NCBI GenBank assembly: GCA_020725105.1
Contig: DYFQ01000011.1
Span: 1,062 to 65,061 of the forward strand
Direction: 5' to 3'
DNA from: Symbiobacterium thermophilum
GTDB taxonomy: Bacteria; Bacillota; Sulfobacillia; DYFQ01
Length of the DNA stretch: 64,000 bases
How positions within the stretch are numbered: the stretch's first letter is position 1; each line of letters begins with the position of its first letter. The position numbers and the translations under genes are program-made. The notes below the pieces were generated by a model. It made no database searches. It saw nothing but the letters and a program-made list of their open reading frames with translations, and was not told the DNA's origin. Below, piece after piece: positions 1-13,005 of the stretch.

Positions 1-1914
1 GTTGGCCAGCAGCCCCGTATTGGGGTCGATGGCCACCCTGATGACGCCCGGCGGGGGAGTCCAGTCCGCCGCCGGCCGGTGCCGCAGTCCCTGGCGGACG
101 AAGTGGGCCCAGATGGGGGCGGCCAGGCCGCCCCCCGTCCTGCCGACGGGCACCCGGTCGTCGTCGTTGCCGACCCACACCGCGGCCACCAGGTCGGGCG
201 TCAGTCCCACGAACCACGCGTCCCGGAGCTCGTTGGTGGTCCCCGTCTTGCCGGCGGCGGGCCGGTCGAGCAGCCGCGCCACCCCGGCCGCCGTCCCGCC
301 GGGCCAGAACACGCTTTTCAGGAGATCGGCCATGATGAAGCTGAGCCGCGGGTCGTAGACCGGCTGAAGCTCCGGCGCCTGCTCGAGCAGGACGCGCCCC
401 TGGCGGTCCTCCACCCGCAATACCGCCAGGGGCCTGACGCGGATCCCCCCGTTGGCCAGGGGCGAGAAGGCGCGCGCCAGTTCCAGCGGGGTGACGGCCG
501 AGGTGCCCAGGGCCAGGGGGAGGGTGGGATCGAGCGGGCTCTCGATCCCGAAGCGGCGGGCCAGTTCGACGACGCGGCGCGGGCCCACCTCCGCCGCCCA
601 GCGCACGGCCACCACGTTGTCGGAGATCTGGATCGCCGTCCGCATGATGAAGGGGCGGTAGTGGTACGGCGCGCCCCCCTCCTTCACGTAGTCCCGGGGC
701 GTGTACTGCTCTCCGGGCATCCCGGCGGGGAAGGACACCGGTTCGCAGGTCTGGAGCGCGGCGGGGGTATGGCCCGCTTCCAGCGCCGCGGCGTAGACAA
801 AGGGTTTGAAAGCCGACCCCGGCTGGCGGCGGGCCAGCACCGCCCGGTTGAACTGGCTCTCCCCGAAGTCCCGGCCTCCGATCACCGCCGCCAGGTGTCC
901 GGTCCTGGGGTCGATGGCCACCAGGGCCACCTGGGGCTGGGTGACGGCACGCTCGTCCACGGTCCCCACCGGCAGGTTGGCCGCCACGGCCGCCTCGGCC
1001 GCCCGCTGCAGGTCCAGGTCCATGGTGGTGTACACGCGGAAGCCCCCGGCGTAGAGCGACCGGGCCACCTCGGGCGCCCTGGTCTCCAGTTCTCTGACTA
1101 CCAGGTCGACAAACCACGGGTGTTCCCGCCGGGGCGGCTCCGCGTTGGCCAGCCGGAGCGGCTCGGCCCGGGCCAGGGCGGCCCGGTCGGGACTCACCAG
1201 GCCCAGCTCCACCATGCGATCCAGCACCAGCTCCCGGCGGCCAAGGGCCGCCTCGGGGTGCCGGTAGGGCGACAGGTTGCCGGGGCTGCGGACGATCCCG
1301 GCCAGCAGCGCCGCCTCGCCCAGGGTCAGGTCCCGGGCGGACTTGCCGAAGTACCTGAGCGCCGCCACCTCCACCCCGTAGGCGCCCTCTCCCAGGTAGA
1401 TCTGGTTCAGGTACAGCTCGCGCAACTCGCGCTTGGTGAAGCGGCGCTCCAGTTTGACCGTGAACACCAGTTCCCAGAACTTCCGCCTCAGGGTTCGCTC
1501 GGACGTCAGGAAGAGGTTCTTGGCCAGTTGCTGGGTGATGGTGCTGCCCCCCTCCACCACCCGGCCGGCGGCCAGGTTCCGGGCGGCCGCCCGGACCAGC
1601 GCGACCGGGTCCACCCCCCGGTGGCGGAAGAACCGGGCGTCCTCGATGGCCACCACCGCCTGGGGCAGGTACGGCGGCAGGGTCTGGAGGTCCACGGGGA
1701 TCCGGTTCTGCACGTAGAGCTTGGTGGCCAGCCGCCCCCGGACGTCGAAGACCTCCGTGGCGACGGGGACCCGGGGCCGGGGCAGCGGGACCAGCGCCAC
1801 CAGGGCCACGAAGAAACTGAGCAGGGCCAGCCAGATGAGGCCGGCCAGGGCCACGCCCAGCCACAGCCGCCGCCAGAAGGGCCGCTCGGTTGCCGGCTTC
1901 GTCCGCCGACTCAA
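1..1914 (-). CDS. Class A penicillin-binding protein (PBP1A-type transglycosylase/transpeptidase); 3' end runs off the window
   Basis: Absent from the ORF track because no stop codon lies in the window. My reverse-strand translation from TTG at 1914 gives LSRRTKPATERPFWRRLWLGVALAGLIWLALLSFFVALV (membrane anchor). In frame at ~1440-1560 is the GT51 signature VVEGGSTITQQLAKNLFLTSERTLRRKFWELVFTVKLERRF. The frame stays open to nt 1 (..DWTPPPGVIRVAIDPNTGLLAN). Confidence 0.85.
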   Translation of the reverse strand, partial: MSRRTKPATERPFWRRLWLGVALAGLIWLALLSFFVALVALVPLPRPRVPVATEVFDVRGRLATKLYVQNRIPVDLQTLPPYLPQAVVAIEDARFFRHRGVDPVALVRAAARNLAAGRVVEGGSTITQQLAKNLFLTSERTLRRKFWELVFTVKLERRFTKRELRELYLNQIYLGEGAYGVEVAALRYFGKSARDLTLGEAALLAGIVRSPGNLSPYRHPEAALGRRELVLDRMVELGLVSPDRAALARAEPLRLANAEPPRREHPWFVDLVVRELETRAPEVARSLYAGGFRVYTTMDLDLQRAAEAAVAANLPVGTVDERAVTQPQVALVAIDPRTGHLAAVIGGRDFGESQFNRAVLARRQPGSAFKPFVYAAALEAGHTPAALQTCEPVSFPAGMPGEQYTPRDYVKEGGAPYHYRPFIMRTAIQISDNVVAVRWAAEVGPRRVVELARRFGIESPLDPTLPLALGTSAVTPLELARAFSPLANGGIRVRPLAVLRVEDRQGRVLLEQAPELQPVYDPRLSFIMADLLKSVFWPGGTAAGVARLLDRPAAGKTGTTNELRDAWFVGLTPDLVAAVWVGNDDDRVPVGRTGGGLAAPIWAHFVRQGLRHRPAADWTPPPGVIRVAIDPNTGLLAN

Positions 1915-2011
1915 GCGCCTGCCTCCACCCGGGGCCACCCCCGTTCCCGGTTAGTATCGGGCCACCGTCCGGCGGGTTATGTTCGGGCGCGGGGAGCCGG
2001 CGCCGGGCGTG

Positions 2012-2041
2012 TTGACACCGCGGGCCGGCTCCCGGTACAAT
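2012..2041 (+). promoter_or_regulatory. Sigma-A type promoter upstream of the aspS leader
   Basis: TTGACA (2012-2017), 18-nt spacer, TACAAT (2036-2041), read directly from the sequence. It lies about 330 nt upstream of the aspS start. Confidence 0.6.
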
Positions 2042-2047
2042 ACCGGC

Positions 2048-2350
2048 AAGCTCATGGGCCCGGCGCCGCCGGGCCCGGGCCGATGAGGGGAAGGGCAGGT
2101 CCAGCGGCCGGCCCAAGCGAGCCGGGCTCCGGGCGCCGCCGCGCAAGCGCCGCGGCCCGGAGGTGGTGCGAACCCGGTCCGGCCGCCGCCTGCGGACACC
2201 CCCGAGGCCGGTGGTGGCCCGCCGTTACCGGGCGGGGTGGGGCGCGCCCGCCGCGCCCCGACCCCGGGAGGCCGTCGCCGCGAGGCGGCGGCGAAGTAGA
2301 GTGGCGGCACGCCCCTCGCGTCTCTATGGGACGCGGGGGGCTTTTCATTT
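2048..2350 (+). promoter_or_regulatory. Candidate T-box leader (Asp specifier) with terminator/antiterminator
   Basis: About 300 nt leader between promoter and aspS. GAUGAG K-turn-like element ~2082. GGUGCGAA apical-loop-like motif 2165-2172. GAC followed by A at 2195-2198 on the 3' side (Asp specifier position). Degenerate T-box-like AGUAGAGUGGCGGCACGCC with UGGC 2302-2305. An 11-bp GC-rich hairpin 2312-2340 is followed by CUUUUCAUUU. No covariance model could be run. Confidence 0.45.
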
Positions 2351-2370
2351 GCCAGAGGAGGGCGGCCGGC

Positions 2371-3705
2371 GTGCGGGAGATCGAAACCCTGGCAGGTGAG
2401 CGCGTGCTGGCGGCGCGGGTCCCGGCGGCCGAGGGGCGCCGGGTCCGGGTCATGGGCTGGGTGCAGCGGGTGAGAGACCTGGGAGCCGTCGTCTTCGTGG
2501 TCCTGCGGGACCGGTCGGGGACGGTCCAGGCGGTGGCGGCCGACGAGACCGCCCGGGCGGCCGTCCGGGCGCTTCACCCGGAGTCGGTGGTGGCCGTCGA
2601 GGGACTGGCGGCCCGCGAGCCCCGGGCCCCGATGGGCGTGGAGGTACGGGTGGAGGCGGTCCAGGTCCTTAACCCGGCCGAGACGGGCCTCCCCTTCGAA
2701 CTCCACCAGCCCGAGGTCAGGGCCGGCCTGGACGTACTCCTGGACCACCGGGCCCTGGCGCTGCGCCACCCCAGGCTCGCGGGGATCTTCCGGGTCCGGG
2801 CCGCCCTGGTCGAGGGCTTCCGGGAGGCCCTCTTGGAGGAGGACTTCGTCGAAGTCCACACCCCCAAGCTGGTGGGGTCGGCCACCGAGGGCGGCGCCGA
2901 ACTGTTCAGCCTCGACTACTTCGGCCGGCCGGCCTACCTGGCCCAGAGCCCGCAACTCTACAAGGAGATGCTGGTCGGTGCCGGGTTCGAGCGGGTGTTC
3001 GAGGTGGGTCCCGTCTACCGGGCCGAGTCCCACGACACGGCCCGCCACCTGAACGAGTACACCAGCCTCGACCTGGAGGTCGGGTTCATCGAGGCCGCGG
3101 AAGACGTGATGCGGCTCCAGGAGCGGGTGCTCGCCCGGATGTTCGCCCGGGTCCGGTCCCGGTGCCCCGACGTTCTGGAAGCGTGGGGTGCCAGCCTCCC
3201 CGACCTGGGCGACGGCTCCGGCCGGCCGGTTCCCCGGCTGACCCTGGCCGAGGCCGCCGAACGCCTGGAGGCCATCACCGGCCACCGGCCCGCCGACGGC
3301 CTCGACCCCGAGGCCGAGCGGCGGCTGGGCCGGTGGGCCCGGGAGGCGCTCGGCTCGGAACTCCTCTTCATCACCCACTGGCCGGCACGCCTGCGGCCGT
3401 TCTACGCCATGCCCGACCCGGCCGACCCGGCGCTTACCCAGACCTTCGACCTGCTCTACCGGGGGCTGGAGGTCACCACCGGTGGCCAGCGGCTCCACGA
3501 CCACCGGCGGCTGGTGGAAAACCTGGCCGCCCGGGGACTGGATCCGGCGGCGTTCGCCGCCTACCTGGAACCTTTCCGGTTCGGCATGCCGCCCCACGGC
3601 GGCCTGGCCATCGGCCTGGAACGGCTGACCGCCCGGCTGCTGGGCCTCGGGAACGTGAGGGAAGCGAGCCTGTTTCCCCGCGACCGGAACCGCCTTTTCC
3701 CGTGA
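2371..3705 (+). CDS. aspS: Aspartyl-tRNA synthetase, short archaeal/eukaryal-type (class IIb)
   Basis: This is the C-terminal 444 codons of track ORF 79..3705. GTG at 2371 lies about 10 nt after GAGGAG (2355-2360). Matching segments: [27 protein letters not shown] (OB fold), [53 protein letters not shown] and the C-terminal [10 protein letters not shown]. Confidence 0.9.
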   Translation: MREIETLAGERVLAARVPAAEGRRVRVMGWVQRVRDLGAVVFVVLRDRSGTVQAVAADETARAAVRALHPESVVAVEGLAAREPRAPMGVEVRVEAVQVLNPAETGLPFELHQPEVRAGLDVLLDHRALALRHPRLAGIFRVRAALVEGFREALLEEDFVEVHTPKLVGSATEGGAELFSLDYFGRPAYLAQSPQLYKEMLVGAGFERVFEVGPVYRAESHDTARHLNEYTSLDLEVGFIEAAEDVMRLQERVLARMFARVRSRCPDVLEAWGASLPDLGDGSGRPVPRLTLAEAAERLEAITGHRPADGLDPEAERRLGRWAREALGSELLFITHWPARLRPFYAMPDPADPALTQTFDLLYRGLEVTTGGQRLHDHRRLVENLAARGLDPAAFAAYLEPFRFGMPPHGGLAIGLERLTARLLGLGNVREASLFPRDRNRLFP

Positions 3706-3784
3706 GTGTCCGGGAGCACGCAGGGAAGCTGGACGGAAGGCAAGAAATACCGGCCGGACAGCCCTTTCGAGGGGAGACGGGACG

Positions 3785-5293
3785 GTGGGACCCCTCAGGC
3801 GGCGGATCCGGGACCTCGGGCCGGCCGCGCTGGCCCTCGTGTTGCTGGCGCTCGTCGGAGCGCGCCCGGCGGCCGGAGCGGGCGTCAGTATCCGGCTGCA
3901 GATCGACGCCACGGAAGCCACCGTCAACGGCGAGGTCCTCTCCCTCGACGTCCCGCCGGTCCTGGTCGGCGACCGGGCCATGGTCCCCCTCCGCTTCGTC
4001 GGGGAGGCCATGGGCGCCAGCTTCGAGTGGGACGGCACCGAGCGCCGGGTGACCTACCAGCGCTACGACACCAGCGTCGTGCTGTGGATCGACCACGGCG
4101 GGGCGCTGGTGAACGGCGCCCCCTGGCAACTGGACGTCCCGCCGATCCTGGTCGACGGCCGGACCATGGTCCCCATCCGCTTCGTCGCCGAAGCCCTCGG
4201 CGCCATCGTCACCTGGGAGCCCGGGACCCGCAGCATCGTGGTGGAGGACCCCCGGGCCCGCCGCGGGCTGCCGCCCCCGCCCGAACGCCCGTCCGACGAG
4301 GACCGGTTCCTGCCGGTCGGCGCCGTGGAGGAGCTTCCGGGGGGCCTGGTATTCGTCTCCGGCCGGTCCGGCGGGAACCTGGAACTCTACTGGCTGCGGC
4401 CGGGGTCGGCCCCGCTCAGGTTGACCGACCACCCGGCCAGGGACTTCGCCCCCGCGCTGTCTCCCGACGGCCGCTGGGTGGCTTTTGTCTCCGACCGTTC
4501 CGGCAGCCTCGACCTGTGGGCGCTGGCCCTGCCCGAAAGCCGGCCTTTCTCCTTGCCGGAGGTCCGCCCGCTGGTCCGGTCGCCCGCCGACGACATGGCC
4601 CCCGCCTGGAGCCCCGACGGCCGGTGGCTGGCCTTTTCCTCCGACCGACTGCTGGGCGGGAGGATTTACGAGGTGTGGGCGGCGCCGGTCACCTGGGGCG
4701 AGACCGGCCCTGAGCCGGGCGCCGCCCGCCCGGTCACGAGCCTCGAGGCGCTGGAGGCGGCGGCCGACCCCAGGGCCGAGCTTCCCTACCAGGCCATCGA
4801 GCCGGCCTGGGATCCCGGGGGAGACCGCATCTGGCTGGTGAACTACGACCTCCCCGCGCCGCCGGCCGAGGGTGAGCCCCCCGCCGGGCAGCCCATCCTC
4901 AACCTGGCCCTGGCGGCCTTCGCCGACCCCGATGTTCCTGGAGCGGCAAGCTTCCCGGTCCCCGCCTCAGGCGACCGTCGCCAGCCGGCCTGGTCACCCG
5001 ACGGGGAGTGGCTGGCCTTTGCGGGTCGGACGGAAGGGCGCTGGGAGATCTGGATCATGCGGGCCGACGGTTCGGGGTTGACCCGGCTGACCTACCAGAC
5101 CGGCGACGCGCTGTGGCCGACCTGGAGTCCCGACGGGGCCTGGGTGGCCTTCGCCTCCGACCGGGACGGTGACTTCGACCTCTACGCCGTAGAGGTGGCC
5201 ACCGGCATCCACGTCCGGCTGACCGACACCGAGGGCGCGTTTGACGGGCACCCGGTCTGGGGGCCCCTCACTCCGCCGTCCGGCGAGTCTTGA
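3785..5293 (+). CDS. Secreted protein: two copper-amine-oxidase-N-terminal-like (stalk) repeats plus a TolB/PD40-like beta-propeller
   Basis: Signal-like N-terminus [23 protein letters not shown]. Repeated [32 protein letters not shown] / [32 protein letters not shown]. Four PD40-like motifs ([58 protein letters not shown]). Confidence 0.75.
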   Translation: MGPLRRRIRDLGPAALALVLLALVGARPAAGAGVSIRLQIDATEATVNGEVLSLDVPPVLVGDRAMVPLRFVGEAMGASFEWDGTERRVTYQRYDTSVVLWIDHGGALVNGAPWQLDVPPILVDGRTMVPIRFVAEALGAIVTWEPGTRSIVVEDPRARRGLPPPPERPSDEDRFLPVGAVEELPGGLVFVSGRSGGNLELYWLRPGSAPLRLTDHPARDFAPALSPDGRWVAFVSDRSGSLDLWALALPESRPFSLPEVRPLVRSPADDMAPAWSPDGRWLAFSSDRLLGGRIYEVWAAPVTWGETGPEPGAARPVTSLEALEAAADPRAELPYQAIEPAWDPGGDRIWLVNYDLPAPPAEGEPPAGQPILNLALAAFADPDVPGAASFPVPASGDRRQPAWSPDGEWLAFAGRTEGRWEIWIMRADGSGLTRLTYQTGDALWPTWSPDGAWVAFASDRDGDFDLYAVEVATGIHVRLTDTEGAFDGHPVWGPLTPPSGES

Positions 5294-7328
5294 TCCACCG
5301 CCGGGGCTGCCGGCCCAGAGCCTTCAGGACCAGGGCGGCGGTGAAAGGCACCGGGAACAGGAACGCGGCCAGCGGCAACAAGAGCAGCTGGGCCAGCACC
5401 CATCCTTCGCCCAGCCGCCCCACGGGCCGCGCCACCTGGTCCAGGTAGTCCCGGTAGCGGGCGTAGGCGTAAAGGGTAAACCCGAAGTAGACGGCGGTCA
5501 TGGCGTGGAGCACCAGCCGGCCCGCCGGCGGCACCGCCGAAGGGTCCACCCAGCCCAGCGCCCACCCGAAAAGCACGAGCGGAGGCACCAGGGTGGCCGC
5601 CTGGTAGGCGAGCCACTCCACCTGCCCCTTCAGGAAAAGCTCGCGGAGGAGTCCCCGGCGCCGGGCCTCGGGGCAGCCCACGGCCCGGCGGACCTTGTCC
5701 ATCACCTGCAGGTGGCCGGCGCCCCACCTGAGCCGCTGCAAGAAGAAGCTTCTGACCGTGGGCGGCGTCTGCTCGCTCGAGGGCCACGGAAGGTATTCGG
5801 GCCAGGCTCCCACCTCCAGCCAGGCGCGGGCCCCCAGCTCCAGGTCTTCGGTGAGCGACGCCGGGTCGTACCCGCCAAGGGTCTCCAGGAGCCTGCGGTC
5901 GACGAACAGGTTGGTGCCCCCCACGAAGGGCAGCCGCCGGAACAGCCCCGGCAGGTACCACTCGTGGGCCACCGCCTGGTACAGCGACGCGATCTTGCAG
6001 AGGGGTCCCATCCGGTAGAAGTTCCGCACCTGAAACACGGGCCCCTGAAGAATCCTCACCCGCTCGCCGTCGGTCAGCCGGCGGTGGGCCACGTGGAGGA
6101 GGACCCGGGGGTCCGGCCGGCTTTCGGCGTCGTAGAACCCGCACAGCTGGGTCCGGGGATCGACGAAGTGCAGCCCGTAGTTGAGGGCCCGGCCCTTGGT
6201 CGAGGGAACCGGTTGCCCGCGGCAGCCGTCGGTGACGGGCCGGCCGGGCACCAGTCGCCCGTCGAAGTCCACCGGGACCACCACGTGCCGCAGGCTGAAG
6301 CCGCCCGGCTGGTCGCAGAGGGACCGGCGGGCCAGTTCCACCAGGGCCTGGGTGGTGGGAAAGACCTCCCGGGCGGCTTCGTGCAGCTGGGCGTCAAGCG
6401 CTCGGGCCCGGGCCAGGCCGTCCAACCGGGCCGCCAGCCGGTCGGCCAGGGTCTCGGCGAGCGCCACCGCCAGGGGTAGCCCCGGCCCCGGGCGCAGCCG
6501 GGCCAGCGGCCCGAGCGCCGGGCCCAGCAGGCGAAGGGGCGGCTGGCCCAGCAACCGGAGGTACGCGACGGCCACGGTCAGCGCCAGCGCCAGATAGGCG
6601 GAGAGCACCCGCGAGCAGGCCTGGGGCTCGAGTTCCGGGTGGACGTGGCCTACCAGCCTCGGCCCGCGGCGCGCCCAACCCGGGTCCCCGGTGGCCAGGG
6701 CCCGGGCCAGCTGCCGCCAGAGCCAGCGGCGGCGGTGGGCGCAGGCGGCGGTGGGTTCCTCCCTCAGCCACGCGGCCGGGATCACCGGCCCCGACGGCCG
6801 CCCCAGCCGGCCGCACTCGGCCGCCGCCAGCCGGACCAGGAGCCCGAGCACCACTTCCTCGGTGTCCTCGGGCGGCCGCCGGGCCCGGGTCCCCGGCGAG
6901 GCCAGCCGGTCCAGCAGCCACCGGCGGGCCGCGGCCACGCAGCGGGGCCGCAGGCGGGCGTCGGCGTCCAGTTCCCGCTGGTCGGTGATGACCACCACTT
7001 CCAGCCGGTCGCGGGGGTACTCCAGGCGGGTCAGGTGCTCCAGGGTGCGCTCGATCACCGGCGCCTCGTTGCGGGCCGGGATCAGGAGGGAGATGAAGGG
7101 CAGTTCCCGCCCGAGAGCGCGCGAGCGGGCTTCCAGTTCCGCCAGGTCAAGCCGGGGGCGCCGGCGCCAGTGCCAGGCGTCGGCCAGGCGCTTGTAGAGC
7201 AGAAGCCGCAGGAACAGCAGGAAAAACAGCCCGTACACGCCGACCGCCGCCAGGTACAGCAGGCGCGGCAGTTCCCAGGCGGGTTCCAAGGAGCCTCGTC
7301 CCTCCCCGACACGGTGGGTGCCCGGCAA
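5268..7328 (-). CDS. Membrane-bound family-2 glycosyltransferase (processive synthase-like, QxxRW) with a large internal insertion
   Basis: [86 protein letters not shown] and QRLRWGAGH, with N- and C-terminal TM segments. The start codon is not certain. Confidence 0.8.
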   Translation of the reverse strand: MPGTHRVGEGRGSLEPAWELPRLLYLAAVGVYGLFFLLFLRLLLYKRLADAWHWRRRPRLDLAELEARSRALGRELPFISLLIPARNEAPVIERTLEHLTRLEYPRDRLEVVVITDQRELDADARLRPRCVAAARRWLLDRLASPGTRARRPPEDTEEVVLGLLVRLAAAECGRLGRPSGPVIPAAWLREEPTAACAHRRRWLWRQLARALATGDPGWARRGPRLVGHVHPELEPQACSRVLSAYLALALTVAVAYLRLLGQPPLRLLGPALGPLARLRPGPGLPLAVALAETLADRLAARLDGLARARALDAQLHEAAREVFPTTQALVELARRSLCDQPGGFSLRHVVVPVDFDGRLVPGRPVTDGCRGQPVPSTKGRALNYGLHFVDPRTQLCGFYDAESRPDPRVLLHVAHRRLTDGERVRILQGPVFQVRNFYRMGPLCKIASLYQAVAHEWYLPGLFRRLPFVGGTNLFVDRRLLETLGGYDPASLTEDLELGARAWLEVGAWPEYLPWPSSEQTPPTVRSFFLQRLRWGAGHLQVMDKVRRAVGCPEARRRGLLRELFLKGQVEWLAYQAATLVPPLVLFGWALGWVDPSAVPPAGRLVLHAMTAVYFGFTLYAYARYRDYLDQVARPVGRLGEGWVLAQLLLLPLAAFLFPVPFTAALVLKALGRQPRRWIKTRRTAE

Positions 7329-7465
7329 GCCCGGGCCCCGCCCTTAGTTGGCCCGGCCGGGGAGCGGGTTATGAGGCAGGGGGCGGGGGACGGGCACCGG
7401 GGCCTCGGCCGGGGCCATATCATGAGGCGCGGCCGGGCCGGGGGGCCGCCTTCGGAGGTGCTCGG

Positions 7466-8140
7466 GTGCAGGCGCTTTCCCTGATCGTCACCGCGCTGGC
7501 GGTGAGCCTCGACGGCCTCGGGGTCGGCGCCGCCTACGGCCTGGCCCGGGTGCGGGTCCCCCCCGTGGCGCTGGGGCTGGTGGCCGCGGCCTCCACCGCG
7601 GCGGTGGCGGCGGGCGGCCTGACGGGTCGGCTCACCGGCGCGCGGCTCGGTCCGGTGGCGGCCCGGTTCCTGGGCGGGCTGGCGCTCATGGGCCTGGGGG
7701 CGGCCCTCTTCAGGCGGTCCCGCCGGGAGGCCGCGTCGCGGGACGGGCCCCTCGCCGGCGCCGCGGGCGGCCGGGAGCCCGCTCCCGCCGGGGAGAAGAG
7801 CGCCGGCTCCCGGGTCGCGCGGATCGTCCGGGTACTGAGGGAACCCCGTACCGCGGACGTGGACCGTTCCGGGAGCCTCGACGCCGGGGAGGCGTTCCTG
7901 CTCGGGCTGGCCCTGGCCGTGGACGCCCTGGCCGCCGGGCTGGCGCTGGGGCTGGCGGGGCTGTGGTCGGCCTGGCTGCCGCCGGCGGTGGGGCTGGCCC
8001 AGTCCGGGCTGCTCCTGACCGGCCTGTGGCTCGGCGCCCGGCTGGGCACCCGGCTGGAGTGGCGCTGGCCCGCCCGGCGGCTGCAGGCGCTGCCGGCGGG
8101 GCTTCTGTTCGTGCTGGGCCTGGCCCGGCTGGCAGGCTGA
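7466..8140 (+). CDS. YtaF/MntP-family membrane protein (sporulation membrane protein YtaF-like)
   Basis: GTG at 7466 lies 7 nt after GGAGG (7454-7458). The N-terminal LIVTALAVSLDGLGVGAAYGL and C-terminal LLGLALAVDALAAGLALGL half-repeats are typical of the MntP/YtaF fold, with a low-complexity linker between them. Confidence 0.6.
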   Translation: MQALSLIVTALAVSLDGLGVGAAYGLARVRVPPVALGLVAAASTAAVAAGGLTGRLTGARLGPVAARFLGGLALMGLGAALFRRSRREAASRDGPLAGAAGGREPAPAGEKSAGSRVARIVRVLREPRTADVDRSGSLDAGEAFLLGLALAVDALAAGLALGLAGLWSAWLPPAVGLAQSGLLLTGLWLGARLGTRLEWRWPARRLQALPAGLLFVLGLARLAG

Positions 8141-8315
8141 CGGTGGGGCGGCGGGGTAGCCCCCGGCCTCGGCCGCCGGCCCGGCGCCCACCAGCGTCAG
8201 CCAGAGCAGCGACAGGGCGCCGGCGGTTCGCCACGGTGACCGAACTCATGATCCTGGCCGGGCTCCTGGGGGACGGCCGGCCGTCGCCCCGGCCCGCCGA
8301 GCCCGACCCCGACGG

Positions 8316-8896
8316 CTAGTGCTCCGTCGCCCTGGGCCGGGCCACCCGGACCCGGGCGGCCCGGAGGACCTCCCCGTGATACACGTAGCCCCGCTGGATC
8401 TCGTCGGTCACCGTGGCCTCGGTCACCGCGTCCGACTCCCAGACGCTGATGGCCTCGTGCCAGGCCGGATCAAAAGGCTGGCCGACGGCGCTGAAGGGCT
8501 CGACCCCCTCGGCGGCCAGCGCCTGCTGTAGCAGGCGGTGGATCAGGCGGAAGCCTTCGATGAGGCCCTCCGCCGGCGCCGCCCGGGCCGGGGCCTCGCC
8601 GTCGGCCCCGGCGGCCTCGGGCCGGTTCTCGGCCGCGGCCAGGGCCCGGTCAAAGTTGTCCATGACCTCGAGCAGCCGCAAGAGCAGGCCGGCCTTTTGC
8701 CGCCGGACGCTGGCTTCCAGGTCGCGCTGGACCCGCTTCTGGTAGTTCTCCAGGTCCGCGCGGGCCCGCAGGAATTGCTGCCAGTACTCGTCCGCCCGGC
8801 GGTTGGCCTCGGCCAGGGCGTTTTCCAGGGCCTCCTTTTCCGGGTCGCCAGGGGCGCCCTCGGGCCCCCCGCCGCCGCCCGGCCCGCGCTCAGCCA

Positions 8897-8900
<4 letters not shown>
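8316..8900 (-). CDS. grpE: Nucleotide exchange factor GrpE
   Basis: [34 protein letters not shown] and [20 protein letters not shown] overlap with the dnaK stop. Confidence 0.9.
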
Positions 8901-10816
<1,916 letters not shown>

Positions 10817-10963
10817 GTGCGAACCCTCCTCCTGCGACTCGCGGCGGCCGGGTCACGGCCGTTGCCGTCCGTGGCCGGTCCGCCGGGCCTCCGGCGACAG
10901 GACTGAGCCTGGCCACGGCCACACCTCACCGGGTTACAGGGCCGGCCGGTCTTGCCGATATGG

Positions 10964-10992
10964 ATTATAGGACCCTGACCTTTCCCGATCAA
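10964..10992 (-). promoter_or_regulatory. Sigma-A type promoter for dnaK-grpE
   Basis: On the minus strand: TTGATC (10992-10987), 17-nt spacer, TATAAT (10969-10964). The palindrome TCAAC-TTT-GTTGA (10989-11001) overlaps the -35. Confidence 0.55.
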
Positions 10993-11176
10993 CTTTGTTG
11001 ACGCGACGCCGGCAAGAGACCTGCCGGCCGTCGGCCGCCGGGGCCCGGCCGGTCTTGGAGGGGAGCCGCGGGAGGAACCCGCCCGGGTTTTTTCCAGGAG
11101 AAGGAACCACCCGGCCGGCCCCGAATACTCATGCACTTGAGCCAAGCGCCGATTCCGTTTTGAGGAGGGACCCATC

Positions 11177-12439
<1,263 letters not shown>

Positions 12440-12490
12440 AGCGGACCGGCACCGGCGTGGTCGCGGCCGGGCGCGCCAGGAATGAACGTT

Positions 12491-12526
12491 GCGGGGCCGC
12501 CGCCAGACGGCGGCCCCGCCATTTTC
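12491..12526 (+). terminator. Rho-independent terminator after the subtilisin gene
   Basis: Perfect 12-bp stem GCGGGGCCGCCG / CGGCGGCCCCGC with loop CCAGA, followed by CATTTTC. Confidence 0.65.
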
Positions 12527-12720
12527 CGGCGGTCGGGGCTTCGGGCTCTTTGTCGATAAAGTCGTGCGCTGGCTCGACGTATTTCGACAGGACAGGTCCC
12601 GCCAGCGGGTTAAGATTTTGCAAAGGTCGCAGCCATGGAGGGGACGGTCCTCCCGATGGACCGGGTGGCTTGCGGGCACGTGTCTTCGAGGGGGAGCCAC
12701 AAAGGGGGAGCCGTCGGAAA

Positions 12721-12924
12721 ATGGGTACTCGCCAGGCCACCGTGCTGTCCCGCGACGCCCTGGAGGCGGAGATCGAGCGGATCCGCCGCGCGCTGAACGA
12801 CAAGGCGGCAGTTCTGCTTGCCGGCCGTGTCGATCCTTCGGACGATGACGATATCCTGCGGCTCAGCCGGCACCTGGATGGGCTCCTCGCCGTTTACGCC
12901 CGGCTGTTCGCCCGCGAATCCTGA
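12721..12924 (+). CDS. Spo0E-family aspartyl-phosphate phosphatase-like small protein
   Basis: Internal ATG of track ORF 12457..12924, preceded by AAAGGGGGAG. LEAEIERIRRALNDKAAVLL..DDDDILRLSRHLDGLLAVYARL matches the Spo0E helix-hairpin pattern (lSqeLDxLIxxY). Confidence 0.55.
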   Translation: MGTRQATVLSRDALEAEIERIRRALNDKAAVLLAGRVDPSDDDDILRLSRHLDGLLAVYARLFARES

Positions 12925-13005
12925 CAGGCGCTGGCGGAGCGGGTGCCGGTTGGGTATAATCCAACCCGGGTTCCGACCCTACCACCCCTGCGGGGAGGAA
13001 AGGCC

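Noticed and set aside
79-3705. A 1208-aa ORF in the track spanning the PBP region, the leader and aspS.
   Set aside because: Only the last 444 codons (from GTG 2371, which has an RBS) look like a real protein (AspRS). The upstream part is Arg/Pro/Gly-rich read-through antisense to the PBP1A gene and across a promoter and terminator.
1951-4038. A long minus-strand ORF (695 aa) opposite aspS. Similar antisense or off-frame ORFs occur at 11129-12700, 13203-14285, 14264-15715, 14796-16976, 17096-19351, 19537-20547 (in part), 21733-23616, 36620-38140 and 41821-42723.
   Set aside because: All lie opposite or out of frame with strongly supported genes. Their Arg/Pro/Gly/Ala-dominated composition is typical of non-coding frames in very GC-rich DNA, and none shows a family motif.
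10995-11100. A hairpin plus T-run (..GGAACCCGCCCGGGTTTTTTCC.., ~11070-11095) between the dnaK promoter and the subtilisin gene.
   Set aside because: No upstream plus-strand gene exists for it to terminate, and the stem is short and imperfect. It may belong to the subtilisin leader, but I cannot assign a function.
11120-11150. ACTCATGCACTTGAG, reminiscent of HAIR (CTTGAGT-N7-ACTCAAG) or CIRCE half-sites between dnaK and the subtilisin gene.
   Set aside because: It is not a true inverted repeat (ACTCA versus TTGAG). It is more than 300 nt from the dnaK start, downstream of the dnaK promoter direction, and adjacent to the subtilisin RBS.
12940-12965. A TATAAT hexamer (12954-12959) flanked by GGTTGG/CCAACC upstream of pdaD.
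   Set aside because: No acceptable -35 lies at 16-19 nt. It could be a promoter or an operator, but the evidence is a single hexamer.
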